Shown: one piece after another, positions 9,440 to 17,850 of the stretch
Numbering within the stretch: the first letter of the stretch is position 1
Layout of the letters: each line of letters begins with the position of its first letter
Origin: a virus
DNA: 64,000 nucleotides
Reading direction: 5' to 3' (one strand)
Virus record (IMG/VR): IMGVR_UViG_3300010389_003143
Location: 1 to 64,000 of that record
Made by a program: the position numbers and the translations under genes
Notes under the pieces: generated by a model
Told to the model about the DNA's origin: nothing
Databases searched by the model: none
The model's input: the letters and a program-made list of their open reading frames with translations, nothing else

Positions 9440-9600
9440 TGCGCTTTGGTAAAAAAGACATTTATTTGATGCTGGCCACTCTAAATCTCTGCCTGCTATT
9501 TGTAAGCTTTTCTTTAGAGTCACTAGATATGGCTATATTAAATATGTTATCAATAGCCTGTTTTCTTATAGCGTATGATGCAGAAAATAGAAAGTCTTAA
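9439..9600 (+). CDS. Small two-TM membrane protein (53 aa), not in the ORF track
   Basis: MRFGKKDIYLMLATLNLCLLFVSFSLESLDMAILNMLSIACFLIAYDAENRKS*; fills the intergenic gap exactly. Confidence 0.45.
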   Translation: MRFGKKDIYLMLATLNLCLLFVSFSLESLDMAILNMLSIACFLIAYDAENRKS

Positions 9601-9608
9601 TAAATTTT

Positions 9609-9979
9609 TTATTTACCAAAAAGATTGAGTTGCCCAGATGGTCTTCGGGGCTTTGCCTTATCTATATCATCATAGAGCAAGGACTTCATTCCTTCTGGAC
9701 GACCTGTTGGCTCTTCCGGCTCCGGCACCCTTGCCCCGTCGTCTTTTCTGGCTTTGCTTAACTCAAGCGATCTCTTCCATTTCGCAAATATGGCCTCTTT
9801 GTTTGATTCTTTATTAAACATAGAATTTGCAAGAATGCTTTTAAACCTGATATCGTGTCTATCATCTATTTTGTTTTATAGAAGGAATCTCGAAGCCAAC
9901 TACGAAATTCCCGTGGGTAAGGTTTTCCGGAAGAAGCTGCTTTGAGTAGCTCAGTCAATTTATCCAAACGACTAGACAT
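9609..9979 (-). pseudogene. Frameshifted tagged gene (~123 aa if repaired)
   Basis: ATG 9979 reads MSSRLDKLTELLKAAS...FYKTK* (TAG at 9866-9868); the -1 frame continues NKIDDRHDIRFKSILANSMFNKES... into the 9609..9821 ORF; the break lies in TATAAAACAAAATAG. Confidence 0.65.
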
Positions 9980-9981
9980 GG

Positions 9982-11343
9982 TTAGTTTAATCTTGTCATA
10001 GCAGATAACAAGTGTTCGTAAATGCCTATTTCTTTTTTTATTGCAGATAGAATAACTTCTTTTTTATCTGAATTATTTTCTTTATTTGCTTTTTCAATCA
10101 TCCCTTTTATTTCTTCTTTTTTGTCATTCAACCTTTTTGCAAGACTGCCTTTATCACTATCCTTTCTTTTTTCATCATAATACTCAATTATATCATCTAA
10201 TAAAAAGCTTTCATTTAAAAGAGGAATGTAGCTTAGAAAAAGCTCTGAAAAATACTCTAAATTATCATCTTTTTTATACTGTTTATATTGTTCTTTTAAA
10301 AATTCATTATCATTTTCATAGTCAGCATATATATTTTTTAATAATTCAGAATAATCTAGATCTAACAAAGTTTTTAATTTCTTTAATTTTTCTGCATCTC
10401 CATATTCAGACATTTCAATATAAAGCTCAACAGGTTTAATATAACGATTAAAAGCAATAATCATTGATGACTTTATATCTGCGGAAAGATCCAAAAGTTC
10501 TTCTTCTGACATAAAGGATAGTAAATCAAATAAACTAATGCTTCCTGCTGGTCCCGGGTCATATCCAGGCTCTTCTATTGCTCTTTCTCTATCTAGTTTT
10601 TCAATTATAGACTCTCTTCTGTTTTCTTCCAAAAGCTCATTAAAAGCTTCTTCCATAAGGTCTCTTTGATCGCTAGAATCTAAAACACTTAAGTTATTTT
10701 TGTCAGATTGTCTTTCATCACCTAAGAAGAGAGTATCACCTCCAGATAATCGTTCGTTACGAAGATATTCTCTAACTTTTCTTTTGTAACGTTCTTCTAG
10801 CCGCTCTTGATCTGGAGCATGACTTAGCCTTTCCTTTATAGCCTCATACATAGCTGGCTCTGTATACATAAGCTCTTGACCTTCTTCGGTCTCTCTAACA
10901 AATCTCTCAAGATCGGAGTTGGATCTTAAATTTCTGTCTCTTATAGTATCGAAAACATATTTTTTAAAGAAAGCTTCATTTATACCTTCTGATTCTACTT
11001 TTTTCAAAACCCATTCAACTTTAGATTTAAGATCCTGTGGATAACTCCATAATTCCTCATCATCAAAACTAACTGCATTTGGACCTTTAGGTTCAGGGGG
11101 TTGATTAAAGTTTATTTGAGGATAAGTTTTCTCAAGATTATCCATTGCGTTTTGAGCTGCATTACGCTCACCATCAGTGGTAGCTCCGTCCCTTAGCGCT
11201 TTCACCTTATTATATTTTTCTATTAATTTTTTTCGAGAAATCTTTTCTGAAGATAATTTTATTAAGCCAAAAACATTTATAGCTTCTTTTTCTAAATTAT
11301 TATTAAATAAATAAGAAAATAAATTAAAGATTTTATTATACAT
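9982..11343 (-). CDS. Tagged acidic helical hypothetical protein
   Basis: N-terminal tag LFNNNLEKEAINVFGLIKLS; helical-hairpin motif KVKALRDGATTDGERNAAQNAM. Confidence 0.65.
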   Translation of the reverse strand: MYNKIFNLFSYLFNNNLEKEAINVFGLIKLSSEKISRKKLIEKYNKVKALRDGATTDGERNAAQNAMDNLEKTYPQINFNQPPEPKGPNAVSFDDEELWSYPQDLKSKVEWVLKKVESEGINEAFFKKYVFDTIRDRNLRSNSDLERFVRETEEGQELMYTEPAMYEAIKERLSHAPDQERLEERYKRKVREYLRNERLSGGDTLFLGDERQSDKNNLSVLDSSDQRDLMEEAFNELLEENRRESIIEKLDRERAIEEPGYDPGPAGSISLFDLLSFMSEEELLDLSADIKSSMIIAFNRYIKPVELYIEMSEYGDAEKLKKLKTLLDLDYSELLKNIYADYENDNEFLKEQYKQYKKDDNLEYFSELFLSYIPLLNESFLLDDIIEYYDEKRKDSDKGSLAKRLNDKKEEIKGMIEKANKENNSDKKEVILSAIKKEIGIYEHLLSAMTRLN

Positions 11344-11911
11344 CTTTACTTCCTTCAGATGCTTTCTTTAAAAGTTTACTTAATCGATCTAATCGACTAG
11401 ATTTAGTTAGATTTATTCTATCATTTACTACAGACCAATCAATTATTCGCCATATATTTTTTAGGTACTTTGATTTGTCACTCTGATAATCAAGAGCCCA
11501 GGCGTGTTCCCACCAGTCAACGAGAAGAACAATGTCTCTTTTAATCTGATGATTTTTTATTGTTTTGATTTTTCCATCTTTGGCCAAGTAAACCCAACCG
11601 GACCCTTGGATAGACATGGCAACTTTTGTAAATTCTTCTTTAAAAGAATCAAATGAACCAAAGTTATCTTCTATTAGCTCTAGGCTGGATCCGACTGGTT
11701 TGTTTGCACCCTTCGGCGGCTTTAGCTGAGGAAAAAATAAATTATGCAAGAAGGCTCCGGCTTCGTTAAAGCCAGAGTCTCCCTCTTCTGCGTTGAAGCG
11801 CTTTACATAGCCCGCAGCAAGCTTATCCCTGTGATACTTAAGGGTATCTTCTGACATAACTGGCGCTAAATCAGAATAGTTATAATTTATTTTTTCCAGA
11901 GTTAGTTTCAT
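11336..11911 (-). CDS. sod: Fe/Mn superoxide dismutase with C-terminal tag
   Basis: LKYH, FLHNLFF, QGSGWVYL, DWWEHAW metal-ligand motifs; extra tail SSRLDRLSKLLKKAS. Confidence 0.88.
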   Translation of the reverse strand: MKLTLEKINYNYSDLAPVMSEDTLKYHRDKLAAGYVKRFNAEEGDSGFNEAGAFLHNLFFPQLKPPKGANKPVGSSLELIEDNFGSFDSFKEEFTKVAMSIQGSGWVYLAKDGKIKTIKNHQIKRDIVLLVDWWEHAWALDYQSDKSKYLKNIWRIIDWSVVNDRINLTKSSRLDRLSKLLKKASEGSKDV

Positions 11912-12975
11912 GCTCTCTTCAGCATCCTAGGGTAGGCGTCAACTATGCCGCTTATTTCAAATTCATCGACAGGGTTATATTCTCTAGATATTAAATCATT
12001 ACTATATTTTGCACCAACCGATTTATCATGAGTTATTGTTACATGTGGTTTGCTTTCACCCAAATAGGGTATCTCTGGCGGCAAGGAAACAATTGCAGCT
12101 TGGCCCTTGTCGTCTTCGGCATAACCCACTACAGTTGCAGAAACCTTTTGTCCAATTAAATTAATCCACTCAGGAGATTCCATCATTTCGATGGTTGGCG
12201 CAAATGCCAGCGTAACATGATCATTTTTTATTTCATCATGTTTAAGTGAGAAGTTTTCAATTATCTTTGATTTACTAGATGAGTCCAAAAATATTCCAAT
12301 ATAAGTAGGCTTCTTTTTTGCCTCAACTTTAGAGAACGAATATTCATCACATAAGGGCTTCATAGCACTGGTGTTTACGGTTGTTATCTCAACCTTTTTG
12401 CCCATTTTTTCAAAAATTCTCTTAAAGTGCTGAAGGTGGCTCGGTCTATCATCCCAGATCTTAACCTTTTTGATGGTGGGATATTTGTTTAAATAACCTA
12501 TAGCAGTTTTAAGCTTTCCTGCCATAGTGTTCTTGACGGTGCTAAGGTGAACTTCATCAAAATTAAGGCCGGCTTGCTGCAAAAGATCTGGCACACGATA
12601 ACGAAACGCAGTAGGCTTTTCCTTACCCTTTTTTCCGACTACCTCTTTTCGGCCTGTCATCATAATTGCCCAAACATTTGGGTTAGAAATAGATTTCTTT
12701 GCGGAATCTACAGTTGATGATATCCACCACTCCTGCCCCGGATCAGATGGGACACAGGGTGGCGTTAGGCTTGCCGGATCACTCCACCAATCCCCGTCCC
12801 ATACAGCAGGGCTCTGAGGGCTTCTAAAAAGAGTGCCATCGAAATCATATATATGCAACTCGTCATCCGCAGGCTCAGCCTGAGCGGACTTTAGAATAAA
12901 GCCTATAGCCTTAGACTCTTTTTTAAATCCCATTTTTTCAAGAGATTTCTTTAAAATTTTTAAGGCTATCTTCAT
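11908..12975 (-). CDS. Tagged HAD phosphatase (RNA-repair type) fused to a 2H phosphodiesterase
   Basis: LHIYDFDGTLFRSP, MMTGR, IWDDR (HAD); DHVTL and PHVTI (two HxT motifs); likely start at 12975 after GGAGG. Confidence 0.78.
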   Translation of the reverse strand: MKIALKILKKSLEKMGFKKESKAIGFILKSAQAEPADDELHIYDFDGTLFRSPQSPAVWDGDWWSDPASLTPPCVPSDPGQEWWISSTVDSAKKSISNPNVWAIMMTGRKEVVGKKGKEKPTAFRYRVPDLLQQAGLNFDEVHLSTVKNTMAGKLKTAIGYLNKYPTIKKVKIWDDRPSHLQHFKRIFEKMGKKVEITTVNTSAMKPLCDEYSFSKVEAKKKPTYIGIFLDSSSKSKIIENFSLKHDEIKNDHVTLAFAPTIEMMESPEWINLIGQKVSATVVGYAEDDKGQAAIVSLPPEIPYLGESKPHVTITHDKSVGAKYSNDLISREYNPVDEFEISGIVDAYPRMLKRA

Positions 12976-12997
12976 TATGCCTCCAAAGAAACCTGGA

Positions 12998-13738
12998 TTA
13001 CTCAACTTCGGTGAGGTTAAACTTGTACTTCTTACCGGTGTTGCGGTTAATTAGGAATAGATCTTCTGCGCCCTCCTGAATCGACCAATGGCCACTGGTC
13101 CCATCTACTTCATTCTGACGGCCTGCGTTATTAAGGTTGATGTCGCCAACCAAAAGGTTTGGCGTTTTGATCTGATCGCCCTCTGCTTTAATCCAAGTGT
13201 CTCCAATGTACATTGAATTGCTAGACAGATAGAAGTGACGAACTTTATATTCTGCACTGCCAATATCAAATTGAGCATTAGCGCTAGGAATAATGTGGCC
13301 GCTTGTATCATTCCACTGTGTGAACTGCTTAATTGGAGCAACCTGAACATCTACGGGGCTTGGATTGCCTGCCTGTACAAGCGTATCTCTCTGGTTTGTA
13401 CCGTCGCTTACGTCCCCATCAATCATTACCGCATTAGCCCTTGGGAAAACAAAGAGAGAATCACCTGCGTTAGAAACCTGGAAATAGACGGCCTGATTCG
13501 TATCCCAGGCAAAGCCTGTTCCATCCTCCATTAACGTACCAGAGGTAAAGCTCTGGTGAGATACCCATGTATCATTTTCATCATAAAACCAAATGGTATA
13601 AGGCGCGGTGGAAAAAACATAAAAGCCAACCTGGCTTATCGCAGGCTGAATGCCTATCGCTCCAGTGGGTGCTGCAGTTCCAATAAGGCCAGCGTCTGTG
13701 CCCTCGGTAATTTTTAATTTTGAATTTAAAGTAGTCAA
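12998..13738 (-). CDS. Virion/fibre-associated protein with the conserved NEVDGTxGxWxIQEG C-terminal module
   Basis: C-terminal GDINLNN..NEVDGTSGHWSIQEGAEDLFLINR.TGKKYKFNL typical of myovirus fibre ends; TTG start with AGGAG RBS. Confidence 0.6.
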   Translation of the reverse strand: MTTLNSKLKITEGTDAGLIGTAAPTGAIGIQPAISQVGFYVFSTAPYTIWFYDENDTWVSHQSFTSGTLMEDGTGFAWDTNQAVYFQVSNAGDSLFVFPRANAVMIDGDVSDGTNQRDTLVQAGNPSPVDVQVAPIKQFTQWNDTSGHIIPSANAQFDIGSAEYKVRHFYLSSNSMYIGDTWIKAEGDQIKTPNLLVGDINLNNAGRQNEVDGTSGHWSIQEGAEDLFLINRNTGKKYKFNLTEVE

Positions 13739-13788
13739 GATAATCTCCTAGATTTTTATTATTATATTTTACCTATATGTAGGTTAAA

Positions 13789-14004
13789 GTGACGTTAGAT
13801 TTGCACGGAAAAACGCATTCAGATGCCAAGTTAGCTATAGAATTTTTCTTAAATGATGCAGACTACCCGGTCTACATAATAACCGGAAATAGTAATAGCA
13901 TGAAGAAGATTTTAGAAAAAGAGATTAGAAAGAGAGGCCTTTACGCTTATTATCTGAACCCAAACAATCTGGGGAAAATATTTATTTCGGATAAGCAGCT
14001 CTAG
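13789..14004 (+). CDS. Stand-alone Smr-domain protein
   Basis: LDLHG...IITGNS. Confidence 0.72.
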   Translation: MTLDLHGKTHSDAKLAIEFFLNDADYPVYIITGNSNSMKKILEKEIRKRGLYAYYLNPNNLGKIFISDKQL

Positions 14005-14270
14005 AGCCTATCAAAATAAAACTTTAATATGCATCTTTTTGCCAAATCAGTAGATAGATTGCTTATTTTTATTTCGGGCATCGATCGTTCCGGCGCGATA
14101 TAGAGGACGCCGTTTGGACAATCCATTATTCCTGGACTGAGCTGGGAAAAGAATACTCCCTCTTCTTTTGATGAATTAGATATAAATAAGCACCAATTAA
14201 TTGGCCTCCTGGCCTCTATTGGCTCTGGGATAAATCCTAGATCTTTAAAAAAATATCTAGTCATGCTCAT
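14001..14270 (-). CDS. Hypothetical protein
   Basis: ORF fills the gap between neighbours. Confidence 0.5.
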   Translation of the reverse strand: MSMTRYFFKDLGFIPEPIEARRPINWCLFISNSSKEEGVFFSQLSPGIMDCPNGVLYIAPERSMPEIKISNLSTDLAKRCILKFYFDRL

Positions 14271-14286
14271 ATTTTACTTATGCTAC

Positions 14287-15387
14287 TCATTCTTTTTCGT
14301 TTAATCTGAGATTTAAGCTTTGATATTCTTCAAACTCAGCTATTGCATCTTCTATCGAAGCAGCTTTATTTCCAGGCGGCCTAAACCCAAGCTTCCAAAA
14401 TAGAGCTAGTGAGCCTAGATTGCTTACTTGTGCCGAAATTTCATCTGACCCATAATGTGAAATAACAGCTTCTATTAGCCTAGAGCCTATTCCCTCTCTT
14501 CTTCTGTTTTCACTTACAAAAAAGTTAGAGACAGAATGAGCCCCTTGCGCCCACTCGCTATTTTCGGATATATCTACATAAGCTGATCCATCAGAATTGT
14601 CTAGAGAAAACCTTATGTGGTCGTCATGCTCACTTCTTTTGACATCATCTTCAGAGAGCTTTATTATATTATTTAAGTAAATAGATTCTTTTTCAAAACC
14701 TTTTTCCAGAAAAGCAGCTAATGCCTCTAGCTTTTTTAAAATTTCATCTTCTGAACTTTCGCTTATATCACCAAGTATGTCTTCAGAAGATCTAGGGAAC
14801 AATTCCTGCTGAGGATTCTGCTTTTCTTTTTTTATATATTGCTCTATTAGCCACTTTTTATATCCATGAGTATTTTTTCGCTTTAAGGGATATGCTCCTT
14901 TTCTCTTTATGTATCTTAAAAGCTTTTTTCCGGTTAGAATGATGTCTGCAGGTGCGCCTTCTGTAGAGAACCAATCTTCTGGCTCTACTGCAATTAGAGG
15001 GTTTTTCGTTTCATACTCTATATCTTCTCGCATATAGTGCCATGCATCTTCGTCAGCTGGTCTTTTTTGAAAATACTCTTCGCCATCTTTTATTATAACA
15101 ATCATCCCGTGGTTTACAATGTCGTCCTCAGTTATATCCCATGTAGACTTTCTTATCTTGTAAGAGATATGCTGCATCATAGCGTAAGTAGCCATATCAA
15201 GCCTGGATTTGTCTGCTGCAAAAACAAGGCCATGGTCATCCATGCTCTCCTCTTCCCAGTCAAGACCTGTTCCGTGGAGAATCTCTTCTACCCATCGTCC
15301 GACTTGCGGCTCTAAACCATATCTTTCTATGGAATCTTTATTGTCAACTATAGTGCCGTGATAAAGTGTGTAAGATAGCTTTATCAT
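14287..15387 (-). CDS. ADP-ribosyltransferase/Tpt1-like domain, internal tag, GNAT acetyltransferase
   Basis: LYHGT..DSIERYGLEP..GLVFAA; FFVSENRRREGIGSRLI..SLALFWKLGF. Confidence 0.65.
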   Translation of the reverse strand: MIKLSYTLYHGTIVDNKDSIERYGLEPQVGRWVEEILHGTGLDWEEESMDDHGLVFAADKSRLDMATYAMMQHISYKIRKSTWDITEDDIVNHGMIVIIKDGEEYFQKRPADEDAWHYMREDIEYETKNPLIAVEPEDWFSTEGAPADIILTGKKLLRYIKRKGAYPLKRKNTHGYKKWLIEQYIKKEKQNPQQELFPRSSEDILGDISESSEDEILKKLEALAAFLEKGFEKESIYLNNIIKLSEDDVKRSEHDDHIRFSLDNSDGSAYVDISENSEWAQGAHSVSNFFVSENRRREGIGSRLIEAVISHYGSDEISAQVSNLGSLALFWKLGFRPPGNKAASIEDAIAEFEEYQSLNLRLNEKE

Positions 15388-15390
15388 AGC

Positions 15391-15996
15391 CTACCACCAC
15401 GTATATTTTTTCTTTGCACCGGTAAGATGCGGATATCTGCCGATTCTACAGGACCAATATCTTGGAGTGCAACGATCATTTGCGGTTTTGCACTTATGTC
15501 TTGCCACAAATGACTTTCTTCTATCTGGCTCAGATATTCTTAGAGGCATATCGGGAGAGCCAAAGGAAATCTTTTTAACTTTTCCGCCGCACTTTACATA
15601 AACATAAAACTTTTTAGAGCCACCGCGTTTTGGTTTTCCAAGTGGCGGATCCTTTTTCTTCTTTTTGGCAGCAGTCTTATCTTCAATTGGCTCGTCTAAA
15701 AATGGAACGTCAAGAAGAACTTCTTTCCCGTTATATTCGGCGGTCTTGCCCAGATCAGAAGATAGAATATCAACATCTTCTTCGCAAAACTTCATCATTC
15801 CGGATAGCCAGTGTTCTCTTGCCTCAGTTATAAGCTCGAAATAAGCTGTGGATCCGAAACGGTAGATGCTGTCGGATATTGGGATTTGAGCTTCGACATG
15901 ATGCTTTAACCCGGCATTTTTTATAATTGATGCGGATTTCACCATAGGAGCCTTTGTTATCCTTGTGTAATTCGCTATTTTTTCTAATCTGCTCAT
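15391..15996 (-). CDS. Conserved large-phage basic protein (KKFYVYVK..RRKSF.ARHKC..YWSC)
   Basis: Motif recognition; multiple KxA sites in the leader. Confidence 0.65.
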   Translation of the reverse strand: MSRLEKIANYTRITKAPMVKSASIIKNAGLKHHVEAQIPISDSIYRFGSTAYFELITEAREHWLSGMMKFCEEDVDILSSDLGKTAEYNGKEVLLDVPFLDEPIEDKTAAKKKKKDPPLGKPKRGGSKKFYVYVKCGGKVKKISFGSPDMPLRISEPDRRKSFVARHKCKTANDRCTPRYWSCRIGRYPHLTGAKKKYTWW

Positions 15997-16262
15997 TTTA
16001 ACTTTACAACCTTTATAACTAAATCAGATGTTCCTCTTATTAGTCTATGCCATGTATTTTTTGGAATAAAAATATCTTTATCTTTAGAGATTTTAAATGG
16101 CAGCTCATTGTCTTTTTGAAAAAGCCATTCTTCACCTGATATTAGGTGAACCAATCGATCCTCTTTATCCTTATGCCAGTAAAGGTCATCGGCCATAAGA
16201 TCTTTTGAGAACTTTCTTATAAATAAATTTTTATTTATCTTTTCTTCTTTAAATGGTAGCAT
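15993..16262 (-). CDS. Small cupin-like phage protein
   Basis: LYWHKDKEDR..IFIPKNTWHRLIRG. Confidence 0.6.
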   Translation of the reverse strand: MLPFKEEKINKNLFIRKFSKDLMADDLYWHKDKEDRLVHLISGEEWLFQKDNELPFKISKDKDIFIPKNTWHRLIRGTSDLVIKVVKLK

Positions 16263-16286
16263 GCGAAACTCGCACTATTTAGCTCT

Positions 16287-16460
16287 TCAAGACTTTTGAG
16301 CTACTTCGGGGTCATCAGAGTCACCTTCACCCTCTAAAAGTTTCATAGCGCCCTCTGAGGCTATCTTCTGCAAAAGGTGATCGATAATATCTGCGTCTTT
16401 CTGCAGACCCAAACGATCAAGCTTATCTGATAGTAAAACCAACTCTTTCTTTAAATTCAT
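16287..16460 (-). CDS. 57-aa protein made almost entirely of the shared tag plus an acidic tail; not in the ORF track
   Basis: MNLKKELVLLSDKLDRLGLQKDADIIDHLLQKIASEGAMKLLEGEGDSDDPEVAQKS*; GGAG RBS. Confidence 0.7.
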   Translation of the reverse strand: MNLKKELVLLSDKLDRLGLQKDADIIDHLLQKIASEGAMKLLEGEGDSDDPEVAQKS

Positions 16461-16461
16461 T

Positions 16462-17205
16462 TTATTCTCCAGAATTATTTGAACTTTTTTCTATCGCCGT
16501 ATCTAGCGATTCCCAGTCTATGTAATAATAAGGCGATACCCATATTAAATTATCAATTAATGACATTATACCAAAAGGCGAATCAACACTTATAGCGAAT
16601 AATATGCCTATAAATTCACCCTTTTCAGAAAATACAGAAGCCCCAGACGACCCCTTCCAAGCAACTGAGTTAAGTATAATCAGCCCTTGCTCAAATCCTG
16701 CAATTCTTCCTTCGGATGTTAGTATGCTGTGACCCGCCGGATAGCTTGAGAAAAATACATTTAGATCAACAAGATTATCTTCCTTGTAATTTTTCATTTT
16801 AAAAGGTACAGGCTTTATTCTCATGAAATCCCTTATCTCTAACACTGAGAAATCTAGAGTCTCATCGGAATAAATAACTTTACCCTCTCTGGTTTCTCCA
16901 AATATATTTTCAATAAGATAAAGGTGGCCGTCTTCCATGGTGGTTACGTGAGCTGCAGTAAATACAACAGTTTTATTTTTGTATTTAAATACAGTGCCAG
17001 TGCCATGAGCAATGCTGCCTAGGTGAATTTTTACGGTAGCTTCCCTGATCTTTTTTTCGACGCTGCTGAGCTTTGCCTTTTCGGCTTTATAGCTTACCTT
17101 ATCCTGGCTCGTAGACTGACTATTGTTCGACGAATTGACTACTGCTAGCATTATAGCGCAGACAAACAATATTATCAAAATAATCCTTTCAGTCAGGTGA
17201 GGCAT
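16462..17205 (-). CDS. Membrane-anchored trypsin-like (S1) serine protease
   Basis: N-terminal TM helix; TAAHV, DFSVL, GSSGA catalytic triad. Confidence 0.82.
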   Translation of the reverse strand: MPHLTERIILIILFVCAIMLAVVNSSNNSQSTSQDKVSYKAEKAKLSSVEKKIREATVKIHLGSIAHGTGTVFKYKNKTVVFTAAHVTTMEDGHLYLIENIFGETREGKVIYSDETLDFSVLEIRDFMRIKPVPFKMKNYKEDNLVDLNVFFSSYPAGHSILTSEGRIAGFEQGLIILNSVAWKGSSGASVFSEKGEFIGILFAISVDSPFGIMSLIDNLIWVSPYYYIDWESLDTAIEKSSNNSGE

Positions 17206-17206
17206 G

Positions 17207-17554
17207 TTACTCAGCTACCTTCATGAACCATGCTGCAAGGCCCATTAAGAACTGAACGGAGATGAAGACCCCGATTGCTTTGGTCTTAAATGCTTTTAGA
17301 TCAGATACCGTATCAATAAGCTCTTTTAGCTGAGTGGGTGATGCCACCTCGTCAACTTTGCCCTTCCACTCCCTTAGTTCATTGACCCTATCTTCTTTGG
17401 CCTTAATCTCTGTTATATCAGACTTTAGCCCTTGGATCTGATTGTTTAAATTATCTATACTATCAGACAAAGATTCCAATTCCTTTAGGACAAGCTTGGA
17501 ATATTCATTCCATCCATTTTGATTTATTCCAGCCATTTTTAAACCCTTTTGCAT
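17207..17554 (-). CDS. Coiled-coil protein with C-terminal TM helix (holin/haemolysin-like)
   Basis: NGWNEYSKLVLKELE, coiled coil, hydrophobic C-terminus. Confidence 0.5.
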   Translation of the reverse strand: MQKGLKMAGINQNGWNEYSKLVLKELESLSDSIDNLNNQIQGLKSDITEIKAKEDRVNELREWKGKVDEVASPTQLKELIDTVSDLKAFKTKAIGVFISVQFLMGLAAWFMKVAE

Positions 17555-17784
17555 CCTCTTTCGTTAATAATCCCTGCAACTTCGTTTAAAGATGAGCTTA
17601 TATCTTTCAGCTTATCTCCAAGACTATCTTCAGAAGAAATAAGCTCTTTTAATGCGCTATTGGCCTTTTCCACTTTTTCCAAAACAATCCAAAGCGTTTT
17701 TGCATTAACTTTTAGCTGAAGATCTCTATCATTTAGCTCATCACATAGTGTTTTAATTTTATCTATATTTGATTTAGAACGCAT
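17539..17784 (-). CDS. Hypothetical coiled-coil protein
   Basis: ORF track; heptad pattern. Confidence 0.5.
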   Translation of the reverse strand: MRSKSNIDKIKTLCDELNDRDLQLKVNAKTLWIVLEKVEKANSALKELISSEDSLGDKLKDISSSLNEVAGIINERGCKRV

Positions 17785-17850
17785 TTTAATTCCAATTTTA
17801 TATTTAATATTATTAATGAACTAACATTCTCAATCTTAATTTAAATAAAA

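Noticed and set aside
9946-9955. tRNA-like GTAGCTCAGT
   Set aside because: No acceptor stem or downstream GTTCRA T-loop; it lies antisense within the frameshifted gene.
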